This document shows positions 20,230-31,038 of a stretch of DNA of 64,000 nucleotides, piece after piece. Source of the stretch: Pyrodictiaceae archaeon (GTDB taxonomy: Archaea; Thermoproteota; Thermoprotei_A; Sulfolobales; Pyrodictiaceae). Under the pieces are notes generated by a model, which ran no database searches, was not told where the DNA came from, and saw only the letters and a list, made by a program, of their open reading frames with translations. The stretch is from the NCBI GenBank assembly GCA_027036135.1, contig JALVSY010000030.1, positions 224,001 through 288,000 on the forward strand, in the 5' to 3' direction. Each line of letters begins with the position of its first letter. Position 1 is the stretch's first letter. Position numbers and translations under genes: made by a program.

Positions 20230-21269
20230 GCAATGTCAAGGTAGTTTTCACGACTAATCCAGGCATCGAGGACATAGTAACTGAAGAAGTTAGCGCAAAG
20301 CTAGAAGCAGCTATTCTTGAACAAAGGAGTGGAAAAGGACGAGTCCTGGCATCAGTTCCTCTAGCTAACATTGATTTAGTTGATTCGTTGCGCTCAATTC
20401 ACCGTGCAAGAATACTTCTTCATCGAGGCACCATCTGTAAGAAAAAAGAATGCCTAGAAACGATTAAGGATGCTATTCGTGGAACCGATATTCCAAGGTA
20501 CGTGACGCCTTCCACAACGTTCGCTGTCAGAGCCGAACGCGTCGGTGAACACGATTATAGCTCCCTTGATATTGCCAGAGTAGCAGGCGATGCAGTCATA
20601 GAGGTCGTAGAGAAGACTCATGGGGAAAGACCGCGCGTTGATCTGGATTATCCATCGGTTATAGTGGTCGTTGACGTGATAAACGATGAACTCTATGTAT
20701 CAATAGAGCTTGGCGGCGACTTATCCTGGCATAGGAGAGGGTACAGAATTTATGATCACCCAGCTGCTCTTAAGCCTACACTTGCATATGCTATGCTTCG
20801 CATCTCAGGTGCAAGGGATGGAGACACTATACTGGATCCTATGTGTGGAGGCGGAACGGTAGCTATCGAGGCAGCGCTTCTCTTTGAATCATCGCGCATA
20901 ATTTGTCTCGATAAGAATCCACGACATATAATGGGTGCGAGACTTAATGCTAGAGCAGCTCTCGTGGAACCCCGCATAGAATTCATCGTTGGTGATGCAA
21001 CTCGGTTATCAAGATACATTAATCGAGCAGACATAATTGTGTCAAATCCCCCCTATGGTATTAGAATGGGTAGCCCCCGTGAAGTAAGAACACTCTATAA
21101 ACGCTTCCTGGAAGAAGCAGTTAAGGTCATAGATAAGTCAATAACTATTATAACGACCGAGCATGTCATAGCTAAGCAGGTTCTTAGTAAGCATAACTGG
21201 GAGATAGTTGAAGATAGAATTGTTGCTCACGGGAATCTACATCCACACATAATAGTGGCTAAGCGATAA
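20226..21269 (+). CDS. trm14: THUMP-domain tRNA m2G6 methyltransferase
   Basis: HRRGYR..HPAAL, DPMCGGGT and NPPYG motifs. Confidence 0.9.
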   Translation: MSNVKVVFTTNPGIEDIVTEEVSAKLEAAILEQRSGKGRVLASVPLANIDLVDSLRSIHRARILLHRGTICKKKECLETIKDAIRGTDIPRYVTPSTTFAVRAERVGEHDYSSLDIARVAGDAVIEVVEKTHGERPRVDLDYPSVIVVVDVINDELYVSIELGGDLSWHRRGYRIYDHPAALKPTLAYAMLRISGARDGDTILDPMCGGGTVAIEAALLFESSRIICLDKNPRHIMGARLNARAALVEPRIEFIVGDATRLSRYINRADIIVSNPPYGIRMGSPREVRTLYKRFLEEAVKVIDKSITIITTEHVIAKQVLSKHNWEIVEDRIVAHGNLHPHIIVAKR

Positions 21270-21360
21270 CCCCCATGCATGCCTTGGAAGACTAGTATTT
21301 AATACCCTAGTCTCTTTTCTCTGCACAGCAAGGGGCCACGAGGAGAGGGGTGTGCAATAA

Positions 21361-21909
21361 ATGCCACAGAAGCCTGCCAGATGCTTCACAAAGAGGCGCT
21401 CAAAGGCATTCTCCGGCCCAGCCTATACCAGGCACGAATACATTCATGGTGTACCTCCGCCCAAGATACAGAAATTCACAATGGGTAACCCACACGGTGA
21501 TTACGACTACCTACTGGAGCTATATGTCCTCGAGCGTGGCCAGATAAGGCATAACGCACTCGAAGCAGCACGCGTCATGGTTCATAAGTACTTATCAACA
21601 ACTATAGGTGACACCAATTATCTATTCCGCGTAAGGGTATACCCGCATCATGTACTCAGAGAACACAAAATGATGGCATTTGCAGGCGCAGACCGTCTAC
21701 AAGAAGGCATGAGGCTAGCCTTCGGCAAGCCCGTCGGTACGGCAGCGCGTGTATTTCCGGGCCAGGCCGTTTTAGAGGTACGAGTAAGACAAGAGCATCT
21801 AGAGCATGCAAAAGAAGCACTACGCAGAGGTGCATCAAAGCTGCCGCTGCCTAGCAGAATAAGAATTATCCCGCTTAAACCAGAGCTAAGCAAGACAGCA
21901 AGTAGCTAA
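21361..21909 (+). CDS. rpl10e: 50S ribosomal protein L16/L10e
   Basis: [22 protein letters not shown]. Confidence 0.98.
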   Translation: MPQKPARCFTKRRSKAFSGPAYTRHEYIHGVPPPKIQKFTMGNPHGDYDYLLELYVLERGQIRHNALEAARVMVHKYLSTTIGDTNYLFRVRVYPHHVLREHKMMAFAGADRLQEGMRLAFGKPVGTAARVFPGQAVLEVRVRQEHLEHAKEALRRGASKLPLPSRIRIIPLKPELSKTASS

Positions 21910-21986
21910 CATTATACTGCTGGCCTTATTATTTCTAGATACAAAACCCCGCTTTTAACCGCTGGTGATAGTAGGGCAGATTTTTT

Positions 21987-23054
21987 ATGAAGAAAGACTG
22001 CGTATACACAGATGGTTCTTATCGCTTCGACTTCTCCACGCTTCTCGAACTCCTTGTCAAGAGGGGAAGGTCTAAAAGAGTTGAACTATACATTGAAGCC
22101 CCTCAGGGTTTCGTACGCTTACTTAGGCACATTAGTGACTTTCTTTCCGAGTGCCTAGCTAGTAAGGGCTACGAGGCAACGGTACACATTAAGCTAGAGC
22201 CTGTGTTCGGGGCATGTGCTCTTAGCATTGATGAACTTAAGTATATCGGTAAGAATGTGTTCCTCATCCATCTAGGGCATGATCCGTATATCTACCCGAT
22301 CTGTACCGGAGGCACATGCTATCATAGTTCTCTTCCTAACGTTGTGTTTGTTCCAGGCGAGTATGTGGGAGGTAGTGTTGAGGAAATTGTAGAAAATCTG
22401 AGAGAGCTGCTTGGTGCTTCAAAAAGATTAGCTATAGGTTACTCTGTCCAACATCGCATGCTCTCTCATAGTGTTGCAGAAGCTCTAAGTAGGAATGGTT
22501 ACGATATTAGATTAGTAGCACCTGTCCTTGGGTGCTATTATTACAACCTTGTCAAGTATAGAGACGTTGTTGATGCGTTTATAGTAATCGCTGGGGGCTA
22601 CTTCCACTCTCTAGGCCTCGGACTAGCTCTTGGAGGCGAAAAAACAGTCCTAAGAGCTGATCCCTACTCCAACAAAGTAGAGAATATCGGTGACAAAGTA
22701 CTACATGTCCTCTCCAAGAGATACTGGGCCTTATCACTCTTATCAAGTGCTAAATCGCTTGGCATAATAATCGGGTTACTGCCTGGTCAGTACAGGCCTT
22801 GGATAGCTAGTTTCATAGAAGCACTGGCTAGGCGTCGAGGAATAAAAACTTACAAACTTTATGCGAGGTATCTTAGCAGAGAAGTTCTCGATAATTTGAG
22901 TCCAAGCGATTACGATGCCTTTGTCGTTACGTCTTGTCCTAGACTGGCTATAGATGATTTAGGTGATTATTGGAAACCCGTACTTACGCCAGCTGAGGCC
23001 AGGCTATGGCTTACCGATGCTCTTGGTAAATACGGCTATACTTTTCCATGGTGA
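21987..23054 (+). CDS. dph2: diphthamide biosynthesis protein Dph2
   Basis: FGAC, VLGC and SCPRLAIDD Cys motifs. Confidence 0.92.
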   Translation: MKKDCVYTDGSYRFDFSTLLELLVKRGRSKRVELYIEAPQGFVRLLRHISDFLSECLASKGYEATVHIKLEPVFGACALSIDELKYIGKNVFLIHLGHDPYIYPICTGGTCYHSSLPNVVFVPGEYVGGSVEEIVENLRELLGASKRLAIGYSVQHRMLSHSVAEALSRNGYDIRLVAPVLGCYYYNLVKYRDVVDAFIVIAGGYFHSLGLGLALGGEKTVLRADPYSNKVENIGDKVLHVLSKRYWALSLLSSAKSLGIIIGLLPGQYRPWIASFIEALARRRGIKTYKLYARYLSREVLDNLSPSDYDAFVVTSCPRLAIDDLGDYWKPVLTPAEARLWLTDALGKYGYTFPW

Positions 23055-23062
23055 TTAACTAG

Positions 23063-23695
23063 TTGTTGAAACCTTCACAAATAGTACTTATTTTGGAAAA
23101 GAATGTTAAGCGCTTTAGTAAACCAAAACGTCTTCTCGAACAATACCGCACGCCACCAGAGATAGCTGTTGAGATTGCTCTTTGGTTAAGGAGTATTGGC
23201 TGTGAAGTAGTAGTTGACCTAGGCACAGGTACAGGCATGATAGCCTATGCTTCGTCTCTACTCGGCTTCTATGTCGTCGGAATAGACATTGATAGCGATG
23301 CCCTAAAGGATGCTATAGAGTCAAAGCTCTATAGTAAATTGGCCATAGATTTTGTACAAGCTGATGCCAGATATCTCCCCCTCCGACAAGGTGGCGACAA
23401 GTACTGCGTTGCGCAGAATCCTCCCTTTGGTATACAACGAAAAGGACAAGACACGGTATTTCTTGGAGCAGCTGCTGGGCTCGAGGCTAGTTACATAGCA
23501 TCAATACATCATGGAGGCTCGAATAGTGCTCTCAATTACTTAGAAGATTTTATGAAAAAATATGGATACAGGCTTAAGCACATTGAAGCATTTAAGTTCC
23601 CAATACCCGCTATGTATCGGAGCCATACTAGGCGCATCTATTACGCCCCCGCGCTACTACTGCTATTTGAGAGAAAAAGGGTGCACGAGCATTGA
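23063..23695 (+). CDS. METTL5-like RNA methyltransferase
   Basis: LEQYRTP, DLGTGTG and NPPFG motifs. Confidence 0.9.
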   Translation: MLKPSQIVLILEKNVKRFSKPKRLLEQYRTPPEIAVEIALWLRSIGCEVVVDLGTGTGMIAYASSLLGFYVVGIDIDSDALKDAIESKLYSKLAIDFVQADARYLPLRQGGDKYCVAQNPPFGIQRKGQDTVFLGAAAGLEASYIASIHHGGSNSALNYLEDFMKKYGYRLKHIEAFKFPIPAMYRSHTRRIYYAPALLLLFERKRVHEH

Positions 23696-24291
23696 GCAAC
23701 GTGCTAGCAAGTATCGTTGGTAAAAAGGTGTACCCTGGCGACGTGCTTTGTACTATAGAGGAGTTTCTGCCAGGTGATGGAGTATACGTTGAGGATGGAT
23801 ATATACGAGCAGCTCGCTTTGGTATAGTTGAGGTAGATTTTGCTAATAGGTGTATACACGTTAAGCCTCTTGGTAAAAGACCGCGTTTACCAAGAAAAGG
23901 TTCAGTAGTATATGGAGTCGTTACTGGTGTGCCTAGAGAGGAGCTAGCCTTTGTAAAGATATTTGCAGATGAGAGAATGATGCCTTTTAACGGGTTCTTT
24001 AGCGGCGTGCTCCACGTATCACAGGCTAGTGATACACCGGGCCAGCACAGCATCTACGATTTTGTGAAGCCAGGCGACTTCATAAGGGCAACAATAGTAT
24101 CTTCTTCAGCGCCATACTTGTTGTCCATCAAGAGGCCGCAGGATGGTGTGATTCTCGCTTATTGCTCGGTTTGTGGTGCTCCTCTGTATAAGGTTCCGGG
24201 TAGCCCATACTTGGTGTGTAAGCGTTGCGGAAATAAGGAGAAACGCAAGATAGCAATACACTACATGTTGGAGGAGAGAAGAAAGAGGTAG
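23692..24291 (+). CDS. csl4: exosome RNA-binding protein Csl4
   Basis: PGD..EEF..G.G N-terminus, S1 domain, C-terminal Zn ribbon ending E.RK. Confidence 0.95.
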   Translation: MSNVLASIVGKKVYPGDVLCTIEEFLPGDGVYVEDGYIRAARFGIVEVDFANRCIHVKPLGKRPRLPRKGSVVYGVVTGVPREELAFVKIFADERMMPFNGFFSGVLHVSQASDTPGQHSIYDFVKPGDFIRATIVSSSAPYLLSIKRPQDGVILAYCSVCGAPLYKVPGSPYLVCKRCGNKEKRKIAIHYMLEERRKR

Positions 24292-24296
24292 AACTA

Positions 24297-24941
24297 GTGA
24301 TGCCTATCAAAGTTATTAAGAAGAAGCTCTATGTAACAAGCATCCCACCGGGTTTTCCACTAGAAAAGATATACGAGAAAATATCCAGTAATGTCAGGAC
24401 ACCTTTCGCCGAAATAAGTATACGTGGTAATAGGGCATTCATAGAGCTAGTAGGCACCGAGGCCGAAATAAAAGATACATGGTACAGGATTAGGAACGCT
24501 CTACAAGATCTCTGGGAGCTATACAGATTAGAGAGACAGAAGGAAGCAACAATAAACGCCATAGTTAAGGAAGCTGGACGCACCTTTCCTCCAGAGTCGC
24601 TTGTATACGCACTTAAGCTAAAAGGGTATGATGCGAGGCTGAGCGAAGATAAGCAATACATCTATACTAATGCGCCACCCGATATAGTTGTTGAAAGTGC
24701 CCGCCGCATAGCAGAGGTAATCGATGAGATAAGATTCCAAGTAAAGGGATCGGCGGCAAAACGCATGATAGCAGCTATAGCCGTTGGTTTATCGGTTGAT
24801 CCCGAGAAGGTAATAGAGTATGGGCTTAAGACGCGCGTTCTAGAAGAAACCGATGATGGACTTAGGCTACGAGAGGAATGGAGAAAAGGTCTAAGAAAGA
24901 TAGCAGTCATGCTTAAGGGGGCTGAGCTAGGCTTCGAGTAG
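24297..24941 (+). CDS. conserved archaeal protein (DUF2067-like)
   Basis: Conserved position between csl4 and rpoL; P..L..ALKL.GY motif. Confidence 0.65.
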   Translation: MMPIKVIKKKLYVTSIPPGFPLEKIYEKISSNVRTPFAEISIRGNRAFIELVGTEAEIKDTWYRIRNALQDLWELYRLERQKEATINAIVKEAGRTFPPESLVYALKLKGYDARLSEDKQYIYTNAPPDIVVESARRIAEVIDEIRFQVKGSAAKRMIAAIAVGLSVDPEKVIEYGLKTRVLEETDDGLRLREEWRKGLRKIAVMLKGAELGFE

Positions 24942-24958
24942 GTGGGGCTGAGCAGAAG

Positions 24959-25294
24959 ATGAGTAGCCAAGAGCAATTGCTTGCAGGGTCAAAACTTAGG
25001 CTGCTTAAACGCGAGAAAGACTCTATTGAAATAGAGCTTGAAGGCGAGGATCACACAATAGCGAATCTGATCGCGAAGTATGCTATACGCAAAAAGGGCG
25101 TCGTGTATTCATCATACATAATATCTCATCCATTAGTTGGGAAACCCGTGGTCGTGTTATCAACTGATGGTAGTCGTGATCCTTTAGAAGTACTTGAAGA
25201 AGTGCTGAACGATATAATCAGGGATGCAAAGGAGTTCCGCAACAAGCTACAAGAGGTTATAAAAAATAATGCATTCTGCCAAGAAAGAGGCTAG
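24959..25294 (+). CDS. rpoL: RNA polymerase subunit Rpo11 (RpoL)
   Basis: GEDHTIANL...Y.I.HPL. Confidence 0.96.
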   Translation: MSSQEQLLAGSKLRLLKREKDSIEIELEGEDHTIANLIAKYAIRKKGVVYSSYIISHPLVGKPVVVLSTDGSRDPLEVLEEVLNDIIRDAKEFRNKLQEVIKNNAFCQERG

Positions 25295-25631
25295 ACTTTT
25301 ACTCATTTATAGATGCAACGAAGGCCTTTATGCAGTAATAGTGTTTAGAGGCCCTTTCCGTCTAGAGTATGCCAGTACTGGTACTAGAGACGTAATTGAG
25401 GAAGTTGCGCATTCGAGCATATTTGATGAAATACGCTATGTTTGGCCGCCAAGCTTCTCTCGTAAACTTGGGCTAAGTCCTCTACCTAACTTGGAGAGCT
25501 ATTTTGGCTCTTGTTTACTCTGCGTGGATAATCTTGCTAAAAATATATGTAGTATAGCAGATAACTTAATAGTTTCCGAAAATTCTTTACTTTTTAAAGA
25601 CCAGAGAGAAAGCAATAAGAGGAGCCAGTAG
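25269..25631 (+). CDS. hypothetical protein
   Basis: ORF inside the operon between rpoL and tfs. Confidence 0.5.
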   Translation: MHSAKKEARLLLIYRCNEGLYAVIVFRGPFRLEYASTGTRDVIEEVAHSSIFDEIRYVWPPSFSRKLGLSPLPNLESYFGSCLLCVDNLAKNICSIADNLIVSENSLLFKDQRESNKRSQ

Positions 25632-25692
25632 CTAAGAGGAGCTAAACTGGCTAAACCGAATTACTATGGTACAAGTCAAGAGGTGAGCGAAG

Positions 25693-26037
25693 ATGAAGTT
25701 CTGTCCACGCTGTGGTTCATTAATGGTTGTCAAGACCATTAATGGTAAAAAAGTATGGGTCTGTCCCAGCTGTGGTTACACCGAGGAAATCAAAGACGAT
25801 GGAAGTGTCTCAGCACTTGTTCTAAAGCAGCGGATAAAACACAGCGAGAAAGAGCGGCTAGTGGTAATACCTAAAGATATCAATTGGGAAGCGATGCCAA
25901 AGACTAGAGTAACATGTCCACGCTGTGGATACCATGAAGCCTATTACTGGGTTGTACAGACTCGTCGTGCCGACGAGCCTCCAACAAGATTCTTCAAGTG
26001 TGTGCGCTGCGGATACGTATGGAGAGAATATGACTGA
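25693..26037 (+). CDS. tfs: transcription factor S
   Basis: Two Zn ribbons; QTRRADEP. Confidence 0.97.
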   Translation: MKFCPRCGSLMVVKTINGKKVWVCPSCGYTEEIKDDGSVSALVLKQRIKHSEKERLVVIPKDINWEAMPKTRVTCPRCGYHEAYYWVVQTRRADEPPTRFFKCVRCGYVWREYD

Positions 26038-26260
26038 CACGGGTAGAGGCGCGGATATTTGTTACGAGGCCGAGTACTTTACTAGACTTTTTAGGAAACT
26101 GTTAGAAGATGCAGAGGAGGCCTATTATCGCACCCCAGTGCACGTCTCGTCAAGGCCATATATGGAGCGTGTGCTTAGGCTAGTACAAGCCGGGCTTAGC
26201 GAGTCAATAAGATTACTAAGTGAATGTAAGAAAGACATGGGGAGTGAGTGGAGTGCTTAG
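26030..26260 (+). CDS. small hypothetical protein
   Basis: ATG overlaps the tfs 3' end; helical ORF inside the operon. Confidence 0.5.
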   Translation: MTDTGRGADICYEAEYFTRLFRKLLEDAEEAYYRTPVHVSSRPYMERVLRLVQAGLSESIRLLSECKKDMGSEWSA

Positions 26261-26325
26261 ACTTGATTTATGCATAGACCTTTTCTAGCTAAGTCTCCTA
26301 AATACTAGCTTCTCGGGGAGAGCGG

Positions 26326-27066
26326 TTGAAAATAACATTCTTTGATGCAAGAGTATGGCGGTACCTGATATCAGCAATCTCTAAAGTAATAGAGGAAGGC
26401 GTGTTCATAGTTGATCCAGAGAAAGGATTTAGATTTAGAGCCATGGATCCCTCACATGTAATTCTACTCGATATGAACTTTCCCCGCGAGTCCTTCGAGG
26501 AGTTCGATGTTGATAAGGAGTATCAGCTCGGCGTAAACCTAGAAGATCTTGCAAAGGTCCTAAGAAGGGCTAGGAAAGAGGATAAACTAGAGATACGAGC
26601 AGACGAGAACACGATATCAATTAGCTTCATAGGTAAAGGATATCGTGAGTTCACACTACCATTACTCGATGTAACAGCTGAGGAGATACCAGAGCCCGAG
26701 CTAGAGTTCAAGGCAAACGTAAAAGTGATGAGCGATGTCTATAGAGATACTATTAAGGATGTAGAACTAGTCGGTGACGTGATAAAATTCACGGCCTCCG
26801 AGAACGAGTTTCGCGTAGAGTCTTCAAGCGAGTTAGCAGAAGCGGAGATAGTCTATACCCTTGAGAGTGGTAGCATAATAGAACTGAATGTTGAGGATAC
26901 TCAGTCAGCGATGTATACGCTCGAGTACTTTAGCGATCTCTCCGGAGCAGCACGTGTGGCAGATACAATAACTATACGCTTTAGTAGCGAAATGCCTGCT
27001 CTTATAGAGCATGAGATACCTCAGGGAGCTAAGTTTAGTTTCCTAATAGCTCCGCGGGTCGAGTAA
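26326..27066 (+). CDS. pcn: DNA sliding clamp PCNA
   Basis: AMDPSHV; C-terminal LIAPR. Confidence 0.97.
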   Translation: MKITFFDARVWRYLISAISKVIEEGVFIVDPEKGFRFRAMDPSHVILLDMNFPRESFEEFDVDKEYQLGVNLEDLAKVLRRARKEDKLEIRADENTISISFIGKGYREFTLPLLDVTAEEIPEPELEFKANVKVMSDVYRDTIKDVELVGDVIKFTASENEFRVESSSELAEAEIVYTLESGSIIELNVEDTQSAMYTLEYFSDLSGAARVADTITIRFSSEMPALIEHEIPQGAKFSFLIAPRVE

Positions 27067-27127
27067 GGGCCACGAAAAATGCATCAAATTTTATCAATAG
27101 TGCCATAATTTATCCTTTAGTAGCGGG

Positions 27128-28324
27128 TTGTCTTTAGGCTCGGAACATAGATATAAGGGTCACGTAGTAATGGCCGACCTCTTTCGGCGAACAAAGCGCT
27201 TCCTAGAGCGGATAACAAGGAACTACTATGAGAGAAAAACACCTCATGTCCCGAATGACTTCATGTTAAGAGAGTTTGCTGCCCAGACCTGGCATAGTAG
27301 GAGCTACATAAGGCACATGGCTTTCCAGAGCATAGAGGAGATAAAAAAATTCCTCGTGACAAAGGCGCCACGTCACTTCTACTATTCCTCAGCTAGGTAT
27401 AATCAGCCCGAAGCAAACGATATGGAGCTTAAAGGATGGCGCTCTGCAGACCTGGTATTCGATATTGATGCAGACCATTTACCTGAGTGCACAGATAAGG
27501 TTATTGAGATAAAAATTGAGGCAAGCGGTGAGAAAACAAGCCTAGTCGATGACGAGTGTATAGAACGTGCCTCACTCCGTGCTCTCAACCTTAGAGATAT
27601 ACTAGTCTATGAGTTGGGCATAGACGAGAAACGCATAGCAATAGAGTTTTCAGGTAATAGAGGTTTTCATGTCACGGCATACCTTGACGACAATAATGAG
27701 CTAGCTAAGAGCGGTTCAGACGTAAGAAGAGAACTAGTAAACTACATAAAAGCCATAGACCTCCTAGACGAGTCTCTTGAACCGTGGCGCCAGCTCAGCC
27801 TTAGACGTGGTAGGCCCAGCCCTATTCCGCCTAGCCCTCTGAGCGGCGGTGTGCGCGGCCGCCTTGCCAGAATAATGGTGCGCTTAGCTCAGCAACGAGG
27901 ATTAACAAGTATAGTGGCCAAGCTATATAAGTTTCAGTCACAGAAGACCACAATGCTGTATGAAAATGCATTAAAAGATCTTGAGCAAGAAGCGCGTGAA
28001 CTTATTGGAGTGGAAATAGATGAGCAAGTAACAATAGATACTTCTCGATTAATCCGTGCACCTTGGAGCCTAAACGGGAAAACAATGCTACCAGTCATGC
28101 CTCTAGACGAGCATATGTTAATTAGATTCAAGCTCTCTGCACATATCTCCCCGTTTGCAAACATGGAGCCCGTGCGTGTGCGTATGCTTACAAATATCCC
28201 GACTAGTATAAAGATTCTAGGTACAAGAATGAGCTTGAAGAAAGATGATAGACCTAAACTTGATGCTCCCTTGGCGCTCTACTTGCTTAGTAAAGGGCTT
28301 GCTATAATAGAGCAGGAGGGGTGA
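27128..28324 (+). CDS. priS: DNA primase small subunit
   Basis: DLVFDIDAD, FSGNRGFH and D.SRLIR.P.SL motifs. Confidence 0.96.
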   Translation: MSLGSEHRYKGHVVMADLFRRTKRFLERITRNYYERKTPHVPNDFMLREFAAQTWHSRSYIRHMAFQSIEEIKKFLVTKAPRHFYYSSARYNQPEANDMELKGWRSADLVFDIDADHLPECTDKVIEIKIEASGEKTSLVDDECIERASLRALNLRDILVYELGIDEKRIAIEFSGNRGFHVTAYLDDNNELAKSGSDVRRELVNYIKAIDLLDESLEPWRQLSLRRGRPSPIPPSPLSGGVRGRLARIMVRLAQQRGLTSIVAKLYKFQSQKTTMLYENALKDLEQEARELIGVEIDEQVTIDTSRLIRAPWSLNGKTMLPVMPLDEHMLIRFKLSAHISPFANMEPVRVRMLTNIPTSIKILGTRMSLKKDDRPKLDAPLALYLLSKGLAIIEQEG

Positions 28325-28800
28325 TTCCCCCAATGGTTGATGGCTATGACGAGGCTGGATTACAAGCCCTTATTCGCTCGGCCAAGAGGCTTCTAGAAGA
28401 AGGTAAGCTAGAAAGCATACTCGATGATGCGAAGCGCTATAGGGAAGGCTTAGCAAGTACTCTGCTCTCATTAGAAAATTATAAACATAGCGATATATTG
28501 GAAACTTATCTTAATATGGCTAATAAGGCTATTAAACTCTTATTGAAGTCATATAGCACGGCTAACAAGGTTAACAGAGAGGAAGCTGAAGCAACGCTCG
28601 CCGGGATAATAGGCTTAGCTGTTTCAGCAGATAAGTGTACGCTCATAGAGCTAGCAACCGATATCAAGCTCCGGGGTAAGAATAGAAGCCTTGGTTCCAT
28701 AACTTGTGTTAGCTCCGAGAAAGCAGTACACATGGTTTTAGCAGATATCGCCTCATTATTGCCCAGCGGCCTCAGTGAAGCCCTCAGAGGCTCAGAGTAG
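28321..28800 (+). CDS. probable divergent GINS15/51 subunit
   Basis: Synteny pcn-priS-X-rpl44e; helical N-part and B-domain-like C-terminus (GSITCVSSEKAVHMVLADIA). Confidence 0.5.
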   Translation: MIPPMVDGYDEAGLQALIRSAKRLLEEGKLESILDDAKRYREGLASTLLSLENYKHSDILETYLNMANKAIKLLLKSYSTANKVNREEAEATLAGIIGLAVSADKCTLIELATDIKLRGKNRSLGSITCVSSEKAVHMVLADIASLLPSGLSEALRGSE

Positions 28801-28867
28801 TATTTAAGCCAGAACCCTGTCTCTCGTGATGAGGGTACTAAGTAAGGGGCTGGGGAGTGATAGCGCC

Positions 28868-29152
28868 GTGAAAGTACCAAAGGTGATAGTAACGTACTGT
28901 CCCCGTTGCCGTACACATACACCACACACAGTAATGATATATAAGCATGGTAAGAGACGTAGCCTTGCAGAAGGTGAGCGCAGATATAGGCGCAAGCAAG
29001 AAGGTTATGGTAGCAAGAGGAAGCCTGAGCAAAAACGCTTCGCAAAGGTAACAAAGAAGGTCGTACTCAAGCTCAAGTGCCAAAAGTGCGGCTACATACT
29101 GCACCGTAGAGGCATTAGGCTTAAGAAAGTTGAATTAGTCGAGGTGAGGTGA
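28868..29152 (+). CDS. rpl44e: 50S ribosomal protein L44e
   Basis: KVPK...YCPRC..HT.H; K.TKKV.L..KC..C. Confidence 0.96.
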   Translation: MKVPKVIVTYCPRCRTHTPHTVMIYKHGKRRSLAEGERRYRRKQEGYGSKRKPEQKRFAKVTKKVVLKLKCQKCGYILHRRGIRLKKVELVEVR

Positions 29153-29158
29153 GACCTT

Positions 29159-29359
29159 ATGGTCAAGAAGCTCAAGATACTAGTTCCTCAGCCGCGTAGC
29201 AGGTTCCTATTGGTACGCTGCCCGGTATGCGGAAACGAGCAAGTAGTATTCAGCCATGCTACTTTCCCGGTACGTTGCCTAGTATGCGGTGCACAGCTAG
29301 TCGAGCCTACTGGAGGAAAAGCAAAGATACATGGCCAGGTAGTTAGAGTCCTCGGCTAA
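29159..29359 (+). CDS. rps27e: 30S ribosomal protein S27e
   Basis: P.SRFL.V.CP.C...C..CG..L..PTGGKA. Confidence 0.97.
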   Translation: MVKKLKILVPQPRSRFLLVRCPVCGNEQVVFSHATFPVRCLVCGAQLVEPTGGKAKIHGQVVRVLG

Positions 29360-29446
29360 TAATAGCTATATGGCTTATGTAAAGCTTAGGTATTCGCCTT
29401 TTTCTAGGAATAACCTGCTTCAAGAGACGTACATAGTTCGTTTTTA

Positions 29447-30292
29447 TTGAGTCTCTCTAATAGGGTATCAAGAGGTGATATAGTAACCTTGGCAATTAGG
29501 AAGAAAGAGCTACCCGATGTAGGCGAACTCGTTGTAGCAACAGTGAGAGAAGTATATGACTATGGAGCCTACCTTAACCTCGACGAGTATGGCGGCCTAG
29601 AAGCATACTTGCCGTGGAGCGAGGTTGCTTCTCGATGGGTCCGTAGCATTCATGATGTAGTTAAGCCTGGCCAGAAAGTCGTTGTAAAGGTTATACGTGT
29701 TCATAGAAAGAGAAAAACAGTTGATGTATCATTAAAGAGAGTTACTGATAGTGAAAGAAAGCGTAAAATGGCGCAGTGGAAGCGTGAGCAGAAAGCACTC
29801 AAGATCCTCGAGATAATTGGGCAGAAGAAGGGCAAGACCCTCGAGGAGATATACGAAGTAGTTGGGCGCAAGCTTGAGGAAACATTTGGCGACTTAATGA
29901 CCGCCTTCGAGGAAGCCGTTATACGAGGAGCCGAAGCCCTTAGGGAGGCTGGTATACCTGAGGAATGGATAGAGCCCATCCTAGAGGAAGTTAAGAGGCA
30001 TGTGCACGTCAAGAGAGTGAAAATAGAGGGTACAATAATAGCTACTTCTAGGGCAGGCGATGGAGTTGAGAGAGTAAAGAAGGTCCTCCTTGCAATGAAG
30101 CAACAGCTACTAAGATTCTCTAAGGACATAAGTGCACGCCTATATACCATAGGTGCGCCGCGCTACAAGATAGAGCTAGAAGCATACGATTATAGAACCA
30201 TTGAGAAAGCGCTTGAGGAGGCCCTTAGCGAGGCGGAAAAGAACGCTAAGAAGCTAGGGGTAGAGTTTAGCTTCACACGTGAAAGGAAGTAA
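29447..30292 (+). CDS. eif2a: translation initiation factor aIF2 alpha
   Basis: LP.VGELVVATV S1 domain, VDVSLKRV, GAPRY. Confidence 0.97.
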   Translation: MSLSNRVSRGDIVTLAIRKKELPDVGELVVATVREVYDYGAYLNLDEYGGLEAYLPWSEVASRWVRSIHDVVKPGQKVVVKVIRVHRKRKTVDVSLKRVTDSERKRKMAQWKREQKALKILEIIGQKKGKTLEEIYEVVGRKLEETFGDLMTAFEEAVIRGAEALREAGIPEEWIEPILEEVKRHVHVKRVKIEGTIIATSRAGDGVERVKKVLLAMKQQLLRFSKDISARLYTIGAPRYKIELEAYDYRTIEKALEEALSEAEKNAKKLGVEFSFTRERK

Positions 30293-30310
30293 ACAAGGAG
30301 GACCCAGGGC

Positions 30311-30493
30311 ATGCAATGGCTTTTAAGACGTTGCACTAAATGTGGACGATACACTCTTAGGAGAGATAAATGCCCTGTCTGTGGTGCCCCGGTACAGGTA
30401 CCTCATCCGCCAAGATTCTCTCCAGAGGACAAATATGTCGCATATCGTTACCGTATGAAGCTAGCGGCTCTCCGCGAACAAGTGAGTAAATAG
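30311..30493 (+). CDS. nop10: H/ACA RNP protein Nop10
   Basis: C..CG.YTL...CP.CG...PHPPRFSPEDKY. Confidence 0.97.
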   Translation: MQWLLRRCTKCGRYTLRRDKCPVCGAPVQVPHPPRFSPEDKYVAYRYRMKLAALREQVSK

Positions 30494-30531
30494 ATTGGGC
30501 CCTTCTAGCGCCTCTTATACTTCCCCTTATT

Positions 30532-31038
30532 TTACCAAGGTACGGGTTTTAGTCTAAGCTTATGCGCAGCGGTATTAGTAGCCCTGTGCAACGCCATAAC
30601 TACTGGCGCGAAGCCTAGTATAACCCATGGATTAAGCACCAAGTGAGCAGAGTACAGCATATAGAGAGCACCGGAGTAGAAGTCTAGCTGGTCTAGAACC
30701 GGAGCTGGCGCCCCTCTCTCAAGCCCTATTCTTCTCTTGATAAAGGCTCCAAGCATGTCACCCAAGAGAGCGCCAAGCGCAGCTAATACCCCTCCATAGA
30801 ATATTATAGGAGAGCATGTAAGTGCAGCTAGGAATAGGGCTACAGTAGAGCCGTATAGGAATCCTATGATTAGCCCCTCCCAGGTCTTTCCCGGGCCCAG
30901 TAAGGGACGCCCATCCCGCAGCACTAGGCCCCTGTCTATCGGTGTGCCCTTGTACCGTAACAGTACTGGTGCGCCATTGGCAGCGAGCGCAGGCAATAAT
31001 ACCAGTATAGTGTTTAGAGGGTTCAGCAGGTAAGCCAT
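30532..31038 (-). CDS. carS: CDP-archaeol synthase
   Basis: ANGAP, PID.G...DG...LG.GKTWEG, GD..GAFIKRR, DQLDF. Confidence 0.95.
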   Translation of the reverse strand: MAYLLNPLNTILVLLPALAANGAPVLLRYKGTPIDRGLVLRDGRPLLGPGKTWEGLIIGFLYGSTVALFLAALTCSPIIFYGGVLAALGALLGDMLGAFIKRRIGLERGAPAPVLDQLDFYSGALYMLYSAHLVLNPWVILGFAPVVMALHRATNTAAHKLRLKPVPW